Positions 1 through 9,376 of a DNA stretch of 64,000 bases are shown piece by piece (the first letter of the stretch is position 1; each line of letters opens with the position of its first letter). Position numbers and translations under genes: made by a program. The DNA is taken from contig OZ245838.1 in the NCBI GenBank assembly GCA_965228735.1, positions 1,088,001 through 1,152,000 of the forward strand, written 5' to 3'. The notes below the pieces were generated by a model. That model worked only from the letters and a program-made list of their open reading frames with translations, had not been told where the DNA came from and ran no database searches. The stretch comes from Planctomycetota bacterium (lineage in GTDB: Bacteria > Planctomycetota > UBA1135 > UBA2386).

Positions 1-744
1 GGCCTGGATCGCCGCGAGCGACCACCGGGTGTTCGGCATGAGCTCGCGGCGCAGCGCGTCGTCCGCGGCGTTGAGACTCAGCGCCAGGCCGAGGCGACGC
101 CAGCCGAGCTCGCGCAGGCGTCGGAGTCCCGGCACGTGGCCGACGGTGCACACGGTGAGCCGGTCGCGGGCGTAGCCGAGGCCGACCGGATCCGTGAGCA
201 CGCGCATCGCCGTGAGCAGGTGATCGACGTTGTCGAGCGGCTCGCCCATGCCCATGAACACGAGGTTGTCGGGGCGCCGATCGGCCGCCGCCGCGACCGT
301 GACCTGGGCGACGATCTCACCGGGGGTAAGGTTGCGATCGAGCCCGAACAGCCCGGTCTCGCAGAACGTGCAGCCCCGGGCGCAGCCGACCTGGGTCGAG
401 ACGCACAGGCTCGAGCGGCCGCGGCCCATCGGCAGGTGCACGCTCTCGACGGCGCGGCCATCGCGGAACCGCAGTTCGCGCTTCTCCACCGCGCCCGTGG
501 GCGTCGCCTCGGACTCGGTCGCCGTGGTCCGCGGGAGCGCGAGTGCCGCGAGCTCGCGCCAGGTGCTGGCCGCGCGGGTTCCGAGGCCGTGCCGTTCGGG
601 CTCGAACCGCGCCCGGGTCGTCGCGTCGCGGTGCAGCCGATTGGCGACGTGCGCGCCCTTCTCGGCCCCGAAACGGGCCTGGGCCGCCCGCAGCAGGGCG
701 GCAGCCGGGGTGGCGAGCAGATCGAGGGGGAGCTGGGTGGACAC
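1..744 (-). CDS. rlmN: RlmN-family radical SAM RNA methyltransferase (3' end runs off window)
   Basis: Manual translation (not in ORF track): SLCVSTQVGCARGCTFCETG (CxxxCxxC), RNLTPGEIVAQV, NLVFMGMGEPLDN, LALSLNAADDALRRELMP; putative GTG start at 744. Confidence 0.85.
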   Translation of the reverse strand, partial: MSTQLPLDLLATPAAALLRAAQARFGAEKGAHVANRLHRDATTRARFEPERHGLGTRAASTWRELAALALPRTTATESEATPTGAVEKRELRFRDGRAVESVHLPMGRGRSSLCVSTQVGCARGCTFCETGLFGLDRNLTPGEIVAQVTVAAAADRRPDNLVFMGMGEPLDNVDHLLTAMRVLTDPVGLGYARDRLTVCTVGHVPGLRRLRELGWRRLGLALSLNAADDALRRELMPNTRWSLAAIQA

Positions 745-955
745 GACGGATTCCGCACTCGGGCGACAGGGATGGAAGCAGAGCGGCCACCCGGGTTAAA
801 ACTTGGCATCGCAAAGTAAATGCTGGCGACCCGGGGTGGTGTTCGCCATCATGCCGCGCCGATGACTGTCTCCGGTACGCGCCCGTCCAGCGCGCGCCTC
901 CGAACCCGACCCCTGCTCCGCACGAGCCAGGGACTGACCAGAACGCAACCGATCC

Positions 956-1798
956 GTGACCGACAGCTCGCCGACCCAGACTCCCGACCCCGGCGGCCAG
1001 GCCGCCGCGCCGGACCCGGCACCCGGCGCGGGGCCGGGCGCAGCACCGGCCGTGACCGAGCCGGTGCTGCGCGCGGCCGGGGTGTTCCGCTTCCGCAAGG
1101 TCGATGGCAGCGACGTGCCGATCGTCAAGGACGTGTCGTTCGAGTTGGCGCCGGGTGAGTTCGCGACGATCATGGGGCCGTCGGGTTCGGGCAAGTCGAC
1201 GCTCCTGCACATGCTCGCGGGTCTCGAGCCGCCGTCGGCGGGGGCGATCACCCTCGCCGGGCACGACCTCGGCGCGGCGGACGAGGAAGCGCGCGCGGCG
1301 GTGCGACGGCGCCACATCGGGTTCATCTTCCAGTTCTTCCATCTGCTGCCCGACCTCACGGTCTGGGAGAACGTGACGTTGCCGCTTCGCATCCTCGGCC
1401 AGAGTCCGAAGAAGCACAGCGGGCGGATCGAGAGCCTGCTCGAGCTGCTCGGCATCGCGCAGCTCAAGGACCGCCGCCCGGCGGCGATGTCCGGCGGTGA
1501 GATGCAACGCGTGTCGATCGCGCGCGCGCTGTCGACGCAGCCGCCGTTGATCCTCGCGGACGAACCCACGGGCAACCTGTCGAGCAAGGCCGGCGAAGAG
1601 GTCGTGCAGCTGCTCGGCCGCGTGCGCGAGAAGCTCGCGACCGCGATCCTGCTCGTGACCCACAATCCGCGCGATGCCGCAGTCGGTGACCGCGTCATGT
1701 TCCTGCACGACGGCGCGCTGCGCCGAGAGAGCACCCTCGAGGGAGGCCCGTTCGGTGTCGCTGACATCCATCATCGTCTGCAAGAGCTGGGCATCTAG
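956..1798 (+). CDS. ABC transporter ATP-binding protein (LolD/MacB-like)
   Basis: Walker A GPSGSGKS, signature MSGGEMQR, Walker B ILADEPTGNL, H-loop VTH. Confidence 0.93.
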   Translation: MTDSSPTQTPDPGGQAAAPDPAPGAGPGAAPAVTEPVLRAAGVFRFRKVDGSDVPIVKDVSFELAPGEFATIMGPSGSGKSTLLHMLAGLEPPSAGAITLAGHDLGAADEEARAAVRRRHIGFIFQFFHLLPDLTVWENVTLPLRILGQSPKKHSGRIESLLELLGIAQLKDRRPAAMSGGEMQRVSIARALSTQPPLILADEPTGNLSSKAGEEVVQLLGRVREKLATAILLVTHNPRDAAVGDRVMFLHDGALRRESTLEGGPFGVADIHHRLQELGI

Positions 1799-4364
1799 CC
1801 CGCTGCGCATGGCGCTGACGGTCCTGGGCATCGCGCTCGGGGTCGCGATCGTCGTGGCCATCTACGTGATGGATCACAACACGATCCAGAGCCGCCTGCT
1901 CGCGCAGAACCCGCAGCGCGGCCGCGTCGACCTCGAGGTGCGGGCGAAGGACACGAACGCGGACCGCGAAGCCGTCCGCCGGGCGCTCTCGGGCCATGCC
2001 GGCGTCGACAGCGTCGCGGTGTGGGGCGAGGCCCGCGGGCTCGTGCTGGCGCAGGGGGGCGACCGCTCGCTCGACGTGGCGGTGTTCGGGCTCGATCCGC
2101 TGCCGGCCGGGCCGTTCGCGCACTACGTCGTGCACCACGGGCGCGATCTCGGCGTCGACGACATGGGACCCGAGGGTGCCGGCGTGCTGCTGGGCGCGGA
2201 GGCCGCCCGCCTGCTCGGTGTCGAGGCCGGGTCGACGGTCACGCTCGCGGCCCCGGCGCGCATCCAGCGGGTCGAGTGTCGCGACGGCAAGCTCGTGCCG
2301 CTGCCGATGCCGCCGGGCAAGCCGTTCGAGACCGAGGTGACGGTGGCCGGGATCGTCGGCGACGAACGCCTCGGTGGCCGCAACTTCGGCCAGATGGTCG
2401 TCTGCTCGCTGGGGCTGGCGCAGCGGCTGCAACCGCGCGGCCCGGCCGTCTACCACGTGCTGCGCGCTCCGGGCACCGATCTCGACCGCCTCACGAACGA
2501 CCTCGAGGAGGAGTTCAACGTGCAGGACATGCGCGGTGCTTTGATCGGCGAGGGCGCCGACGAACGCGCGTTCCGCAACGGCCTCAAGATCCTCGGCGGG
2601 CTCGCGCTGCTGCTCGGGATGTACGTGGTGTTCCAGACGCTGTCGCATGCGCTCGTCGCGCGGATCAAGCAGCTCGGGCTGCTGCGCTGCCTCGGCGCCG
2701 GCTCCGGCGCGATCACGCGGATCTTCCTCGTCGACGCGCTGCTGCTCGGGGCGCTCGGCAGCGTCACGGGCATCGGACTGGGGCTGCTGTTTGCGTATCT
2801 GCTGCGCGAGTACGAGGTCAGCTCGCTCGGTCTCGGCAAGGCGTGGGCGACGTTCGAGATCCCGTGGTATCCGGTCGGCTGGACCGCGCTGCTCGGCATG
2901 CTGTTCACGCTCGCCGGCGCGATGTTCCCGCTCGTGCGGGCCCGCAAGGTGCCGGCGCTGCAGATCCTGCAGGCGCGCGCGATCGCGCCGGGGAAGGACG
3001 ACGGCGTCGACCTGCTGCGCGGAATCAACTTCTGGATGTTCGGCCTGCTCGCGATCGCGCTGCCGCTCGCCTACCTCGCGATGACGCCGCTGGCGTCCGA
3101 GGAGGGCACCGAGACCCTCGTCGTGCTCATCGAACTCGTGTCGATGCTCGGCCTGTTCGGCGGCGTGCTGCTGCTCGCGCCCGGCATCGTCGCGATCTTC
3201 GGTCGCCTCGTCCTGCTGCCGTTCCGCGCGTTCTCCCCGATGGCGGCCTGGCTCGTCGACAAGGTCGTGCAGCGCTCCGCCGGGCGGGTCGCGGCGGCCG
3301 TCTGCGGGCTGTCGGCCGTCGTGATCGCGATGCTCGGGTTGAAGGCGCTCACGATGTCGCTGCGGGCCGAGGTCCGGAACTTCGACGACCAGGCACTCGC
3401 CGGTCGCATGTTCTTGCGCACGCACCCGGTCTCGCCTGACGCGGCCCGCGGCCTGGCCGAGGTTCCAGGGGTCCTGGCGGTGGAGGCGTTCGAAGGTGAG
3501 CAGCGCGGTGACGGTTTCCAACTCCGTGGCCTGGCGACGGCAGCGATCGGCAACGACGGCGCGCCGCTCGAGGGCTTGCCCGCGCTGCTCGCGCGCTACG
3601 ACAGCGACCGCGCTCGCAGCTGCGTCATCAGCTCGCGGCTGTCGCGCCACAAGGGCAAGCGCGCGGGTTCGACGATCAACCTCATCGACCGTAACGGCAC
3701 GCACGTCGCCTACCAGGTGCTCGCCGTCAGCGATCGCGCCGGTTTCGACTCCGACGAACGCGCGTGGGTGCTCACGAACCCGCGCTGGATGAAGCGCGAC
3801 TTCTGCGTCGCGGACGAGTGCGTCGAGCACATCACGCTGCGTCTCGATCCCGGTGCCGACACCGACGCGATCACGGCAGCCGCCCGCGCGATGTTCCCGG
3901 CAGTGCCGATGAGCAAGCGTGGGGATTCGATCGGCGCGTATCTGCTGCGGGACGTCGATCGCGACTTCGTGCTGTTCGACGTTCTCCTGCTGCTCATGCT
4001 GGCCCTGGCCGGTGTCGGACTGCTGAATGGGATGACCATCGCCGCGCTCGGACGGGTGCGCGAGCTCGGCGTGCTGCGCGCGCTCGGAATCACGCGCCGC
4101 GCCCTCGGCGGCAGCTTCCTGCTCGAGGGCGCCGTTGTCGCCGTTCTTGCGTCCGGGCTCTCGCTCGCCCTCGCAGGGCCGATGGCGTGGGTTCTCGTCC
4201 AGGGCATGAATCGGGTCGCGGCGCTCGATGCGCCCGTCACGCTGCCCTACACGTGGTTCGTGATCGCGCCGGCACTCGCGCTCGCGACGTCGCTGCTGGC
4301 GGCGGCGGTGCCAGCTTGGCGCGCGCTGCGGCAGAGTCCGAGCGAGTCCGTGCGCTACGAGTAG
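1755..4364 (+). CDS. ABC transporter permease with duplicated FtsX/MacB-type domains
   Basis: N-terminal LTVLGIALGVAIVV; two FtsX segments (RIKQLGLLRCLGA, RVRELGVLRALG); C-terminal PAWRALRQSPSESVRYE; GTG at 1755 preceded by GGAGG and overlapping the ATPase gene. Confidence 0.88.
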   Translation: MSLTSIIVCKSWASSPLRMALTVLGIALGVAIVVAIYVMDHNTIQSRLLAQNPQRGRVDLEVRAKDTNADREAVRRALSGHAGVDSVAVWGEARGLVLAQGGDRSLDVAVFGLDPLPAGPFAHYVVHHGRDLGVDDMGPEGAGVLLGAEAARLLGVEAGSTVTLAAPARIQRVECRDGKLVPLPMPPGKPFETEVTVAGIVGDERLGGRNFGQMVVCSLGLAQRLQPRGPAVYHVLRAPGTDLDRLTNDLEEEFNVQDMRGALIGEGADERAFRNGLKILGGLALLLGMYVVFQTLSHALVARIKQLGLLRCLGAGSGAITRIFLVDALLLGALGSVTGIGLGLLFAYLLREYEVSSLGLGKAWATFEIPWYPVGWTALLGMLFTLAGAMFPLVRARKVPALQILQARAIAPGKDDGVDLLRGINFWMFGLLAIALPLAYLAMTPLASEEGTETLVVLIELVSMLGLFGGVLLLAPGIVAIFGRLVLLPFRAFSPMAAWLVDKVVQRSAGRVAAAVCGLSAVVIAMLGLKALTMSLRAEVRNFDDQALAGRMFLRTHPVSPDAARGLAEVPGVLAVEAFEGEQRGDGFQLRGLATAAIGNDGAPLEGLPALLARYDSDRARSCVISSRLSRHKGKRAGSTINLIDRNGTHVAYQVLAVSDRAGFDSDERAWVLTNPRWMKRDFCVADECVEHITLRLDPGADTDAITAAARAMFPAVPMSKRGDSIGAYLLRDVDRDFVLFDVLLLLMLALAGVGLLNGMTIAALGRVRELGVLRALGITRRALGGSFLLEGAVVAVLASGLSLALAGPMAWVLVQGMNRVAALDAPVTLPYTWFVIAPALALATSLLAAAVPAWRALRQSPSESVRYE

Positions 4365-4372
4365 CTGCGGGC

Positions 4373-6664
4373 TCAGCGCAGGCCGACGGTCGCCGCAAGC
4401 GCATCGGACACCCCGGCACCGGTCGGGTTGCCGAAGGCCTGGTCGAACACGATGACCTGATTGTAGAACTCGAAGCCCGCGAAACTCGGCAGCAGCGGGA
4501 TCGGGAACGAGAACGTGACGGGCGCGCCGTTGTGCAGCAACGGGAACGGTTCGTCGGCCGAGATGAAGAGCTGGCAGCCGGGCAGGCCGAAGCCGCCGAG
4601 GGGTGCCGGCAGCGTGAACGTGAGCCACTGCGTGCGCGAAAAGCCGTAGACGACGAAGCCGAACCCCGGTTGCTGGGGCAATCCGCTGACCACGATGTCG
4701 AACGTGTCGCCGAGCCACGGTCGGCTGAACGGCGAAGGCGCGAGCGTGACCGCGGTCGGCGTGACGGGGCACGAGGTCCCGTAGCGCTCGACGGTCGCCG
4801 TGATGGCGGCGCCGTAGCGCTCCGTCTCGGCGTGGTCACGCGCGCCGTCGCTGCCCCCGATCAGGATCGTGCGATCCGTGGCGGCATGGTGCGCCATGCC
4901 CGCGAGGAAGCGTGGTGCGGGCGCGTTCGGTGCGGTGCTCGACTGCCAGATGCCGGCTCCACCGTCCCATTCCCAGCTGTCGGCCAGAGCCTGGAAGTTG
5001 CCGTCGAGCCCACCGTGCAGCACGACGCGCCCGCGTTCGGCGGCCCAGGTCATCGCGGCATCGAATCGCGCGGCCGGCGCCGTGGCGGTCGGTTGCAGCA
5101 CCCAGCCGGATGGTTCGAAGACCCAGGTGTCGTTCCGTGGCCCGCTGCCGTCGTGCCCACCGAAGAGGACGACGGCGTCGTTCGCTTCGTCGAACGTGAG
5201 CGCGTGGCCGCGGCGCGGGCCCGGGCCGAACGCCGGGAGCTGGGTCCAGTTCGTCCCGTCGAACCGCCAGGTGTCGCCGAGCACCTGGAAGAGCGCGTCC
5301 GTGCCGCCATAGAGCAACACGCCGCCGCCGCGCGTCGTCGTGAGGGCATGCTCCTGGCGCGGAGTCGGCGCGTTCGCCGGCGCGAGCGGATTCCAGTTGG
5401 ACCCGTCCCACTCCCAGGTGTCGCCGAGCGGCACGCCGGCCCCGCGACCGCCGAACAGGAGCGCCGTCTGCCGACCCGGGTGCCAGGCCATCGCGGTCAG
5501 CGCGCGCGGCGTCGGGCCGAACCCGAGGCGCGGTTGCCAGCTCGTGCCGTCCCATTCCCAGGTGTCGGCGAGTTCCTTGCCCGTGATCGTGACACCGCCG
5601 AAGAGCACGGTGCGGCGGCGCCCCGGGTCGTAGGTCAACGCGTGACTGCTGCGGGCCGGAGGCGTGTCCGCGGGGCGAACGGTCGTCCACGTCGTGGGCT
5701 GCGCGACCGCCAGCTCGAGCACGTCACCGAGTCGCCGCAGCGCGCCGTCGATCCCGCCGGCGAGCCGCACCCGCTGGGCGTTGGCGTCGAAGATCGCGCC
5801 CGAGCCGCCGCGAGCGGAGAGACCCGAGGTGCTGCGCTGCGTCCACTGCGCCCCGTCGAACTGCCAGACGTCGGCCCGCGCACCCGCGCCGTCGAGGCCG
5901 CCGATGAGGAAGATGCCACCGGTCGAGCCATCGGCCACGAGAGCGGCCCGCTCCCGCGCCGTGGGCGCGGTCGGCGTCGCGAGCTGGATCCAGCTGCCGT
6001 TCGACCACCGCCACAGCTCGCCGCTGAGACCGGTACTGGTGCGGCCACCGAACAGCAGCGGGGCAGCGTTGGGGCCGGCCGGGGTCGCGAGCGCGGCGCC
6101 GCTCCGCGGGGGCACCGTCGCGCTGGTCACGTTCGTCCAGGAGCTGCCGTCGAAGGTCCAGGTGTCGCCGCGCCGGAGCTGCTGCGTCCTCCCACAGGTG
6201 AGCAGGACGACGCCAGCGGTCGCCTCCCAGGTCATCGCGTGCTCGCGCCGCGCCGCAGGCCCGGTCAGCGGTCCCGGCGTCCACGCCGTGCCGTCCCAGA
6301 GCCAGGTGTCCGAACGATCGCCGAGGGCGTCGGCGCCGCCGAACAGCACCGTCTGCTGTCGCACCGGATCGAACGCCAGAGCATGCGCCGTGCGCGGACT
6401 CGGGCCTGGCCCCGGCCCCGGCGCGGTCGCGCGGCGAACGAGCGCGCCGGCCTGCCATTCCCACACTTCCGCGAGCAATCGACCGGCATCGTCGCCGCCG
6501 AACCAGACCGTGACGTCACGGGCGCTGTCGTAGGCCGCCGCGAGTCCGGCGCGTGGCGTGAACAGCGTCGCCGTCGTCCAGTCGGTCTGCGCCCCGACCG
6601 ACGCGGTCAAGAGCGTTCCCGCGACAGCGGCGAGAGCGTTGGCGGTAAGCGAATGAGTGGCCAA
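4373..6664 (-). CDS. Secreted Kelch-repeat beta-propeller protein with C-terminal beta-rich domain
   Basis: About 12 repeats of R..hA..yD......LFGG......DTWxWDG..W; signal peptide ending VGA|Q; start uncertain (TTG 6664). Confidence 0.85.
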   Translation of the reverse strand: MATHSLTANALAAVAGTLLTASVGAQTDWTTATLFTPRAGLAAAYDSARDVTVWFGGDDAGRLLAEVWEWQAGALVRRATAPGPGPGPSPRTAHALAFDPVRQQTVLFGGADALGDRSDTWLWDGTAWTPGPLTGPAARREHAMTWEATAGVVLLTCGRTQQLRRGDTWTFDGSSWTNVTSATVPPRSGAALATPAGPNAAPLLFGGRTSTGLSGELWRWSNGSWIQLATPTAPTARERAALVADGSTGGIFLIGGLDGAGARADVWQFDGAQWTQRSTSGLSARGGSGAIFDANAQRVRLAGGIDGALRRLGDVLELAVAQPTTWTTVRPADTPPARSSHALTYDPGRRRTVLFGGVTITGKELADTWEWDGTSWQPRLGFGPTPRALTAMAWHPGRQTALLFGGRGAGVPLGDTWEWDGSNWNPLAPANAPTPRQEHALTTTRGGGVLLYGGTDALFQVLGDTWRFDGTNWTQLPAFGPGPRRGHALTFDEANDAVVLFGGHDGSGPRNDTWVFEPSGWVLQPTATAPAARFDAAMTWAAERGRVVLHGGLDGNFQALADSWEWDGGAGIWQSSTAPNAPAPRFLAGMAHHAATDRTILIGGSDGARDHAETERYGAAITATVERYGTSCPVTPTAVTLAPSPFSRPWLGDTFDIVVSGLPQQPGFGFVVYGFSRTQWLTFTLPAPLGGFGLPGCQLFISADEPFPLLHNGAPVTFSFPIPLLPSFAGFEFYNQVIVFDQAFGNPTGAGVSDALAATVGLR

Positions 6665-7141
6665 GCGGAAGGATCCCCAGCGGGGCGCGCAACGCCCGGC
6701 GAGCCGCCACATTCTAGAGCACCGTCGGATGCTGCCCAGGGGGGCGGCGAACTGGGATTGCGGCATGTCGCATGGCAAGCCAGCCGAGCTTCGCAGAGCG
6801 CCGACTCGGCCGCTGCGATCGCGCGGCGGTTCGTCCGTGCCAGGGGGCGAACGGCGCCCAGTGCCTGCGATCCTCGGCCGCTGGATCGCGACGGGCGGAT
6901 CGGCGCTCGCGATCGCGACGTCCGGGCTCATTTGCGGCGCCGGTTACGGATCGGGAGACGCGGCGCGAGGCGTTGGCGGCGTTACTGCGCGCGAGCGCCC
7001 GGGCCGAGCTCACGCGGCTCGCGAGGGCCACTGCGATCGACGACCTGCCGGAGCCGGCACCAAAGTGGCATTGCCGCCATGCTCACCGGACCCGTGGCTG
7101 CGTGCCGGCGAGCCCGTCGTGCCTGCCGTGGCGGCACGAGC

Positions 7142-8128
7142 TCAACGTCGCCATCGGAAGTCGACGACGAGCGCGCCGTGGTCGCTCGGAAACGCCCGGT
7201 CCTTCTGCTCCACGCTCATCGGTTCGAACCGTTCGGGCAGCACGTGTGCGGTGACCGGCTCGAGCCGCCAGCCGCTGTCGTTCGGCCGCGAATAGAGGCG
7301 GTCGATGCGATCCGCAGGTACGGGTTTCTCGGGCGTGCCACGCGCGAGCGGCGTCCACGTGATGCCCGGGCGCTGGATCGGGTTGGGATAGAGCGCCCGA
7401 AACGTGTCCACGAAACCGGCCTCCTGCATCGCCTGGCTGACGGGCAACGGCAGGGCGCGGCGATAGCGCATCACCCGCGCGGTGTCCGCGGTCCAGTCGA
7501 GATGCGACGGGCAGTTCCAGTCGCCGCCGACGAGCAGCGGCAGTTCGCCGTTCAACGCTCCCGTGGTCCGCAGGTGCTCGAGCAACGCGCGACACTGGCG
7601 CAGTCGGTCCGACTTCTTCGACTCGAGCGCCAGCAAGTCGCTGTCCGAAGCCTCGGGGTGATCGCGCAGGTGGTAGGGCACGTACTCCCGCCAGTCGATC
7701 CACGTCGAGTAGACGAGGAAGCGCCGCTCCCGCACGTCGACGAGGCGCGCACCGACCCCGTGCCACACCGCGTGGAACCGCTGCTCCTCGATCGTCAGTG
7801 GAGTGAGCACGCAGAGATGCGTGCTCTTGCCCTGCCACTGATGCCAGCCGAGTTCGGTTGCGAGCCACTCTCCGAGCTTCGGACGGTCCCCGTCGATGTC
7901 GTAGCTCTCCTGCAGCAGGCAGACGTCGGGTGCCGCCGCGCGGATCACGGCGAGGGCCTTCTCGGGCCCGTCGTCGAAGTGGTTCGCGCCACGCTGGATG
8001 TTCCACACGAGCACGCGGAGGTGGTCGGTCGACCGCTGCTCTGACGACTCCTGGGCGCGGCCTGGCGCGAGGAGCAGGCAGCAACCGAACAGCAGCGCGA
8101 ACGCGGTTGGGCAACGGGCGTCTGTCAT
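7142..8128 (-). CDS. Secreted endonuclease/exonuclease/phosphatase family protein
   Basis: VLVWNI, DVCLLQE, GGDWN, DRIDRLY, PSDH motifs; signal peptide. Confidence 0.88.
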   Translation of the reverse strand: MTDARCPTAFALLFGCCLLLAPGRAQESSEQRSTDHLRVLVWNIQRGANHFDDGPEKALAVIRAAAPDVCLLQESYDIDGDRPKLGEWLATELGWHQWQGKSTHLCVLTPLTIEEQRFHAVWHGVGARLVDVRERRFLVYSTWIDWREYVPYHLRDHPEASDSDLLALESKKSDRLRQCRALLEHLRTTGALNGELPLLVGGDWNCPSHLDWTADTARVMRYRRALPLPVSQAMQEAGFVDTFRALYPNPIQRPGITWTPLARGTPEKPVPADRIDRLYSRPNDSGWRLEPVTAHVLPERFEPMSVEQKDRAFPSDHGALVVDFRWRR

Positions 8129-8142
8129 CGTCGTTCTCCGGG

Positions 8143-9255
8143 TCAGTCGAGGAGGTCGTGGCGGCGCATCAGGGCGATGATCCGGACGGCTGCGAGTCGG
8201 TGGCCGAGCGCGGACCAGTGACCGGTCGCCGGATCGTAGATCGGCTGCGCCTCCATTTGCTCGGCGGTCGCACCGAGGCGCGCGTCGAACGCGAGGAAGG
8301 GCACGGCCGCGGCGCGAGTCGCGCCTTCGATGGTCGCTATGATGCGGTCCTTGTCCGGGAAGTCGGTCTTGTTGGGGATGAACGTGACGACGAGACCGAT
8401 GTTGCGTTCGGCGCAGTGGGTCGCCAACCGGGCGATCAGCAGTCGGGTGATCGCCGCCTTAGCGAGGAAGGTCGCGTCCGGTTCGCGATGGTCACGCAGC
8501 TTGTTCGCGACCCGGTAGGTGAGGTAGCGCCCCGCGAGCCATACCCGCGGCAGACGCAGGAGCGGCGCCATGCGTTGCTCGACGTGGGCGAGCTTGTCGG
8601 CGTTGGTCGGCAACCGGGGCAGGGGCGTGTTCGTCAGGCGCAGCTGGCCGTCGTGCACCGCGAAGCGCGGCTTGGGTGAGCTGAACCGCCAACGCAGGAA
8701 GTTGCGGTTGAAGTCGTCGATGTAGATCGTCAGGACGACGAAATCCGGTTCGTAGTCCCGGCCCACCGCCTCGAATCGGAGCACGGCCTGGTCGATGCCG
8801 TAGCCCGGCACCGCGAGGTTGAGGACCTCGGTGTTGGCGAGCATCGACTGCATCCGGGCTGCATAGGTCTCGTCATCGGCGACACCGACCCCGGTCGAGA
8901 ACGAGTCCCCGAGCACGAGTCCGCGCCGCAGACCGGCCGGCTTGGGGATCGCATGCTCGGCGGTCCCGCGCAGTCCCCGGGAGTTGGTCGAATACCCGCC
9001 CCAGAGGTCCGGCAGCCATACGTCGGGGCGCAGCGTCCAGCCGAGAACAGGGTCGAAGACGGCGCGCGGGTCGTCGTCGGGTTCGACGACTTCCGCATGG
9101 TGGTCGACGAACCAGCCCTCGGGATGCTCGTTGCGGGTCAGCAGATCCGAGAAGGGCACGAGCACCCGCAACAGGATCTCCGCAACGCCCAGCGTGGCGA
9201 CGAACACGATGGCGAGGAACAGCAGGCGGCGGCGGAGCGGGATCCGGCGTTTCAT
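8143..9255 (-). CDS. Membrane-anchored SGNH/GDSL hydrolase
   Basis: N-terminal TM; TNSRGLRG, LVLGDSFS, NLAVPGYG, D..TGHWS..GH. Confidence 0.85.
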   Translation of the reverse strand: MKRRIPLRRRLLFLAIVFVATLGVAEILLRVLVPFSDLLTRNEHPEGWFVDHHAEVVEPDDDPRAVFDPVLGWTLRPDVWLPDLWGGYSTNSRGLRGTAEHAIPKPAGLRRGLVLGDSFSTGVGVADDETYAARMQSMLANTEVLNLAVPGYGIDQAVLRFEAVGRDYEPDFVVLTIYIDDFNRNFLRWRFSSPKPRFAVHDGQLRLTNTPLPRLPTNADKLAHVEQRMAPLLRLPRVWLAGRYLTYRVANKLRDHREPDATFLAKAAITRLLIARLATHCAERNIGLVVTFIPNKTDFPDKDRIIATIEGATRAAAVPFLAFDARLGATAEQMEAQPIYDPATGHWSALGHRLAAVRIIALMRRHDLLD

Positions 9256-9376
9256 GGCGCGCTACGAGGGTAGGCCACGCCCGCAGCGACGGAAACGACG
9301 GCTCGACGAAGACTCCAGCGCCGCCGCGACCTGCGCTGGAATGCGGCCGCGGCGGCGGATACGACGTTCGCCATAA

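Noticed and set aside
6665..7141. ~480-bp gap with several GC-rich stems and short ORFs
   Set aside because: No recognisable protein or RNA motif; such stems are expected by chance at this GC content
3764..8044. Very long ORFs such as 3764..8044 (+), 8873..12946 (-), 53237..57214 (+) and 17361..20213 (+)
   Set aside because: Antisense or frame shadows of real high-GC genes; Arg/Ala-rich with no motifs
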